This document shows, one piece after another, positions 62,997 through 64,000 of a stretch of DNA of 64,000 nucleotides. The position numbers and the translations under genes were made by a program. Origin of the DNA: Octopus sinensis (Eukaryota); the NCBI RefSeq assembly GCF_006345805.1, contig NC_043011.1, positions 38,700,464 through 38,764,463 of the forward strand, read 5' to 3'. How positions within the stretch are numbered: the stretch's first letter is position 1; each line of letters starts with the position of its first letter. The notes under the pieces are model-generated. The model did no database searches, was not told the origin of the DNA, and saw only the letters and a list, made by a program, of their open reading frames with translations.

Positions 62997-64000
62997 CACG
63001 CAATGGCATCAGCGTAAATCACTGATGAAGAGTAACTGGACTTTAGGTTAATCAAAATATGTTTGTGTGATATTTCAACTACAGACACGAATTCACTGTA
63101 GCTACCGTAAAGAAAAAAATTCTTGCTTAAGATAAATAGTGTGAAAATACCATATCTGCTTAGTGTCTCCTTCTAGCGGACGGTCAGGCGCGTTTCTGTC
63201 TCCTTAATCTTCTTCAGTCGAAAATTCGAAAGAGATATGCACTTGGTTGATTTATTCCACCACATCATCAAAGCGGTACCCCTGCAAGATTCGAGCAGAT
63301 TTTAAAGCCGTTTGCCTTATCTTAAAACAATTATGATCAGTGACTGCGTTGCGCATTGGACAGCGCTATGTTTTAGTCGAAGACATTTGCGTTGTAGGGT
63401 CGAATACTGAAGAAATCAGATGCTGTGAAACGAAGTTGATTACCACACGGATATTCCTGCGCTAAATCTAATTCTAATAGTGTTAAACTAATGAAGATGC
63501 AGTTCAAAGAGGCAGCTAAATTTTGAAAAACTAATCATCTACGTTATTTTAAAATTGAAATACACATCACGTCATAGAGAAGTACTAAAATTTAGTAGTA
63601 ACAAACTACCAATAAAAAGAATATGTGCACTGTTAATTTATAACAATGCTTTCTAATAGTCAGCTGTTTGTTGAAAAAAAAATTTCTTCTTCAGTAGGGC
63701 TGACGTGGAATATTAATGAAACAAAACACATGGAAATATAAACAACCAAAGAAATAGCAATATAGGTGACGTTTATACGTTTCCTTTGGCAGATGTATAA
63801 ACATATCAACTTTGCATGTCTTTACTCATAAAAATCTTACACGTCAAGCATACTTTAAAAGTAATCATTATTGCCAATTAGAATTGCAAAACTAACAAAA
63901 GTTACTATCAAACAAAAGCAAATGTCTTTTCTTTTTCTGTTTTAATTCATTTATTCTGGTAATATACATTGGAGGCTTAAGGCGGCAAGCTGGCAGAAAC

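Noticed and set aside
63022-63050. CTGATGA-AGAGT..ACTTT as an HHR (similarly CTGATGA at ~57839)
   Set aside because: No GAAA or stem III follows.

Overview
Very AT-rich, repeat-dense animal genomic DNA. The SINE families and microsatellite load resemble an Octopus/coleoid cephalopod genome (inference from recall, not a database match). I found no host protein-coding gene that I can support; most ORF-track entries are microsatellite translations. Contents: (i) the 5' part of a Tx1/L1-clade LINE on the minus strand, with two diverged tandem ORF1 modules ahead of the APE endonuclease; (ii) a near full-length 5.7 kb Penelope-like element (PLE; RT plus C-terminal GIY-YIG, pseudo-LTRs, hammerhead ribozyme) and a Neptune-type PLE 3' fragment; (iii) several short elements with minimal type I hammerhead ribozymes (HHR) ending on (TA)n, including an inverted-plus-tandem array of ~360 bp units; (iv) decayed REL-type (R4/Dong-like), RTE and CR1 LINE fragments; (v) four tRNA-derived SINE families in many copies, plus an unclassified family; (vi) mariner, Tc1, hAT and other TIR MITEs, and Helitron-like elements; (vii) a 100-N gap. 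The strongest signal is the HHR density: at least 7 loci from unrelated sequence families in 64 kb. Frameshifts in the young elements are mostly 1-nt indels, many in homopolymers, and may be assembly errors. All structure calls were made by eye; boundaries of decayed repeats are approximate.
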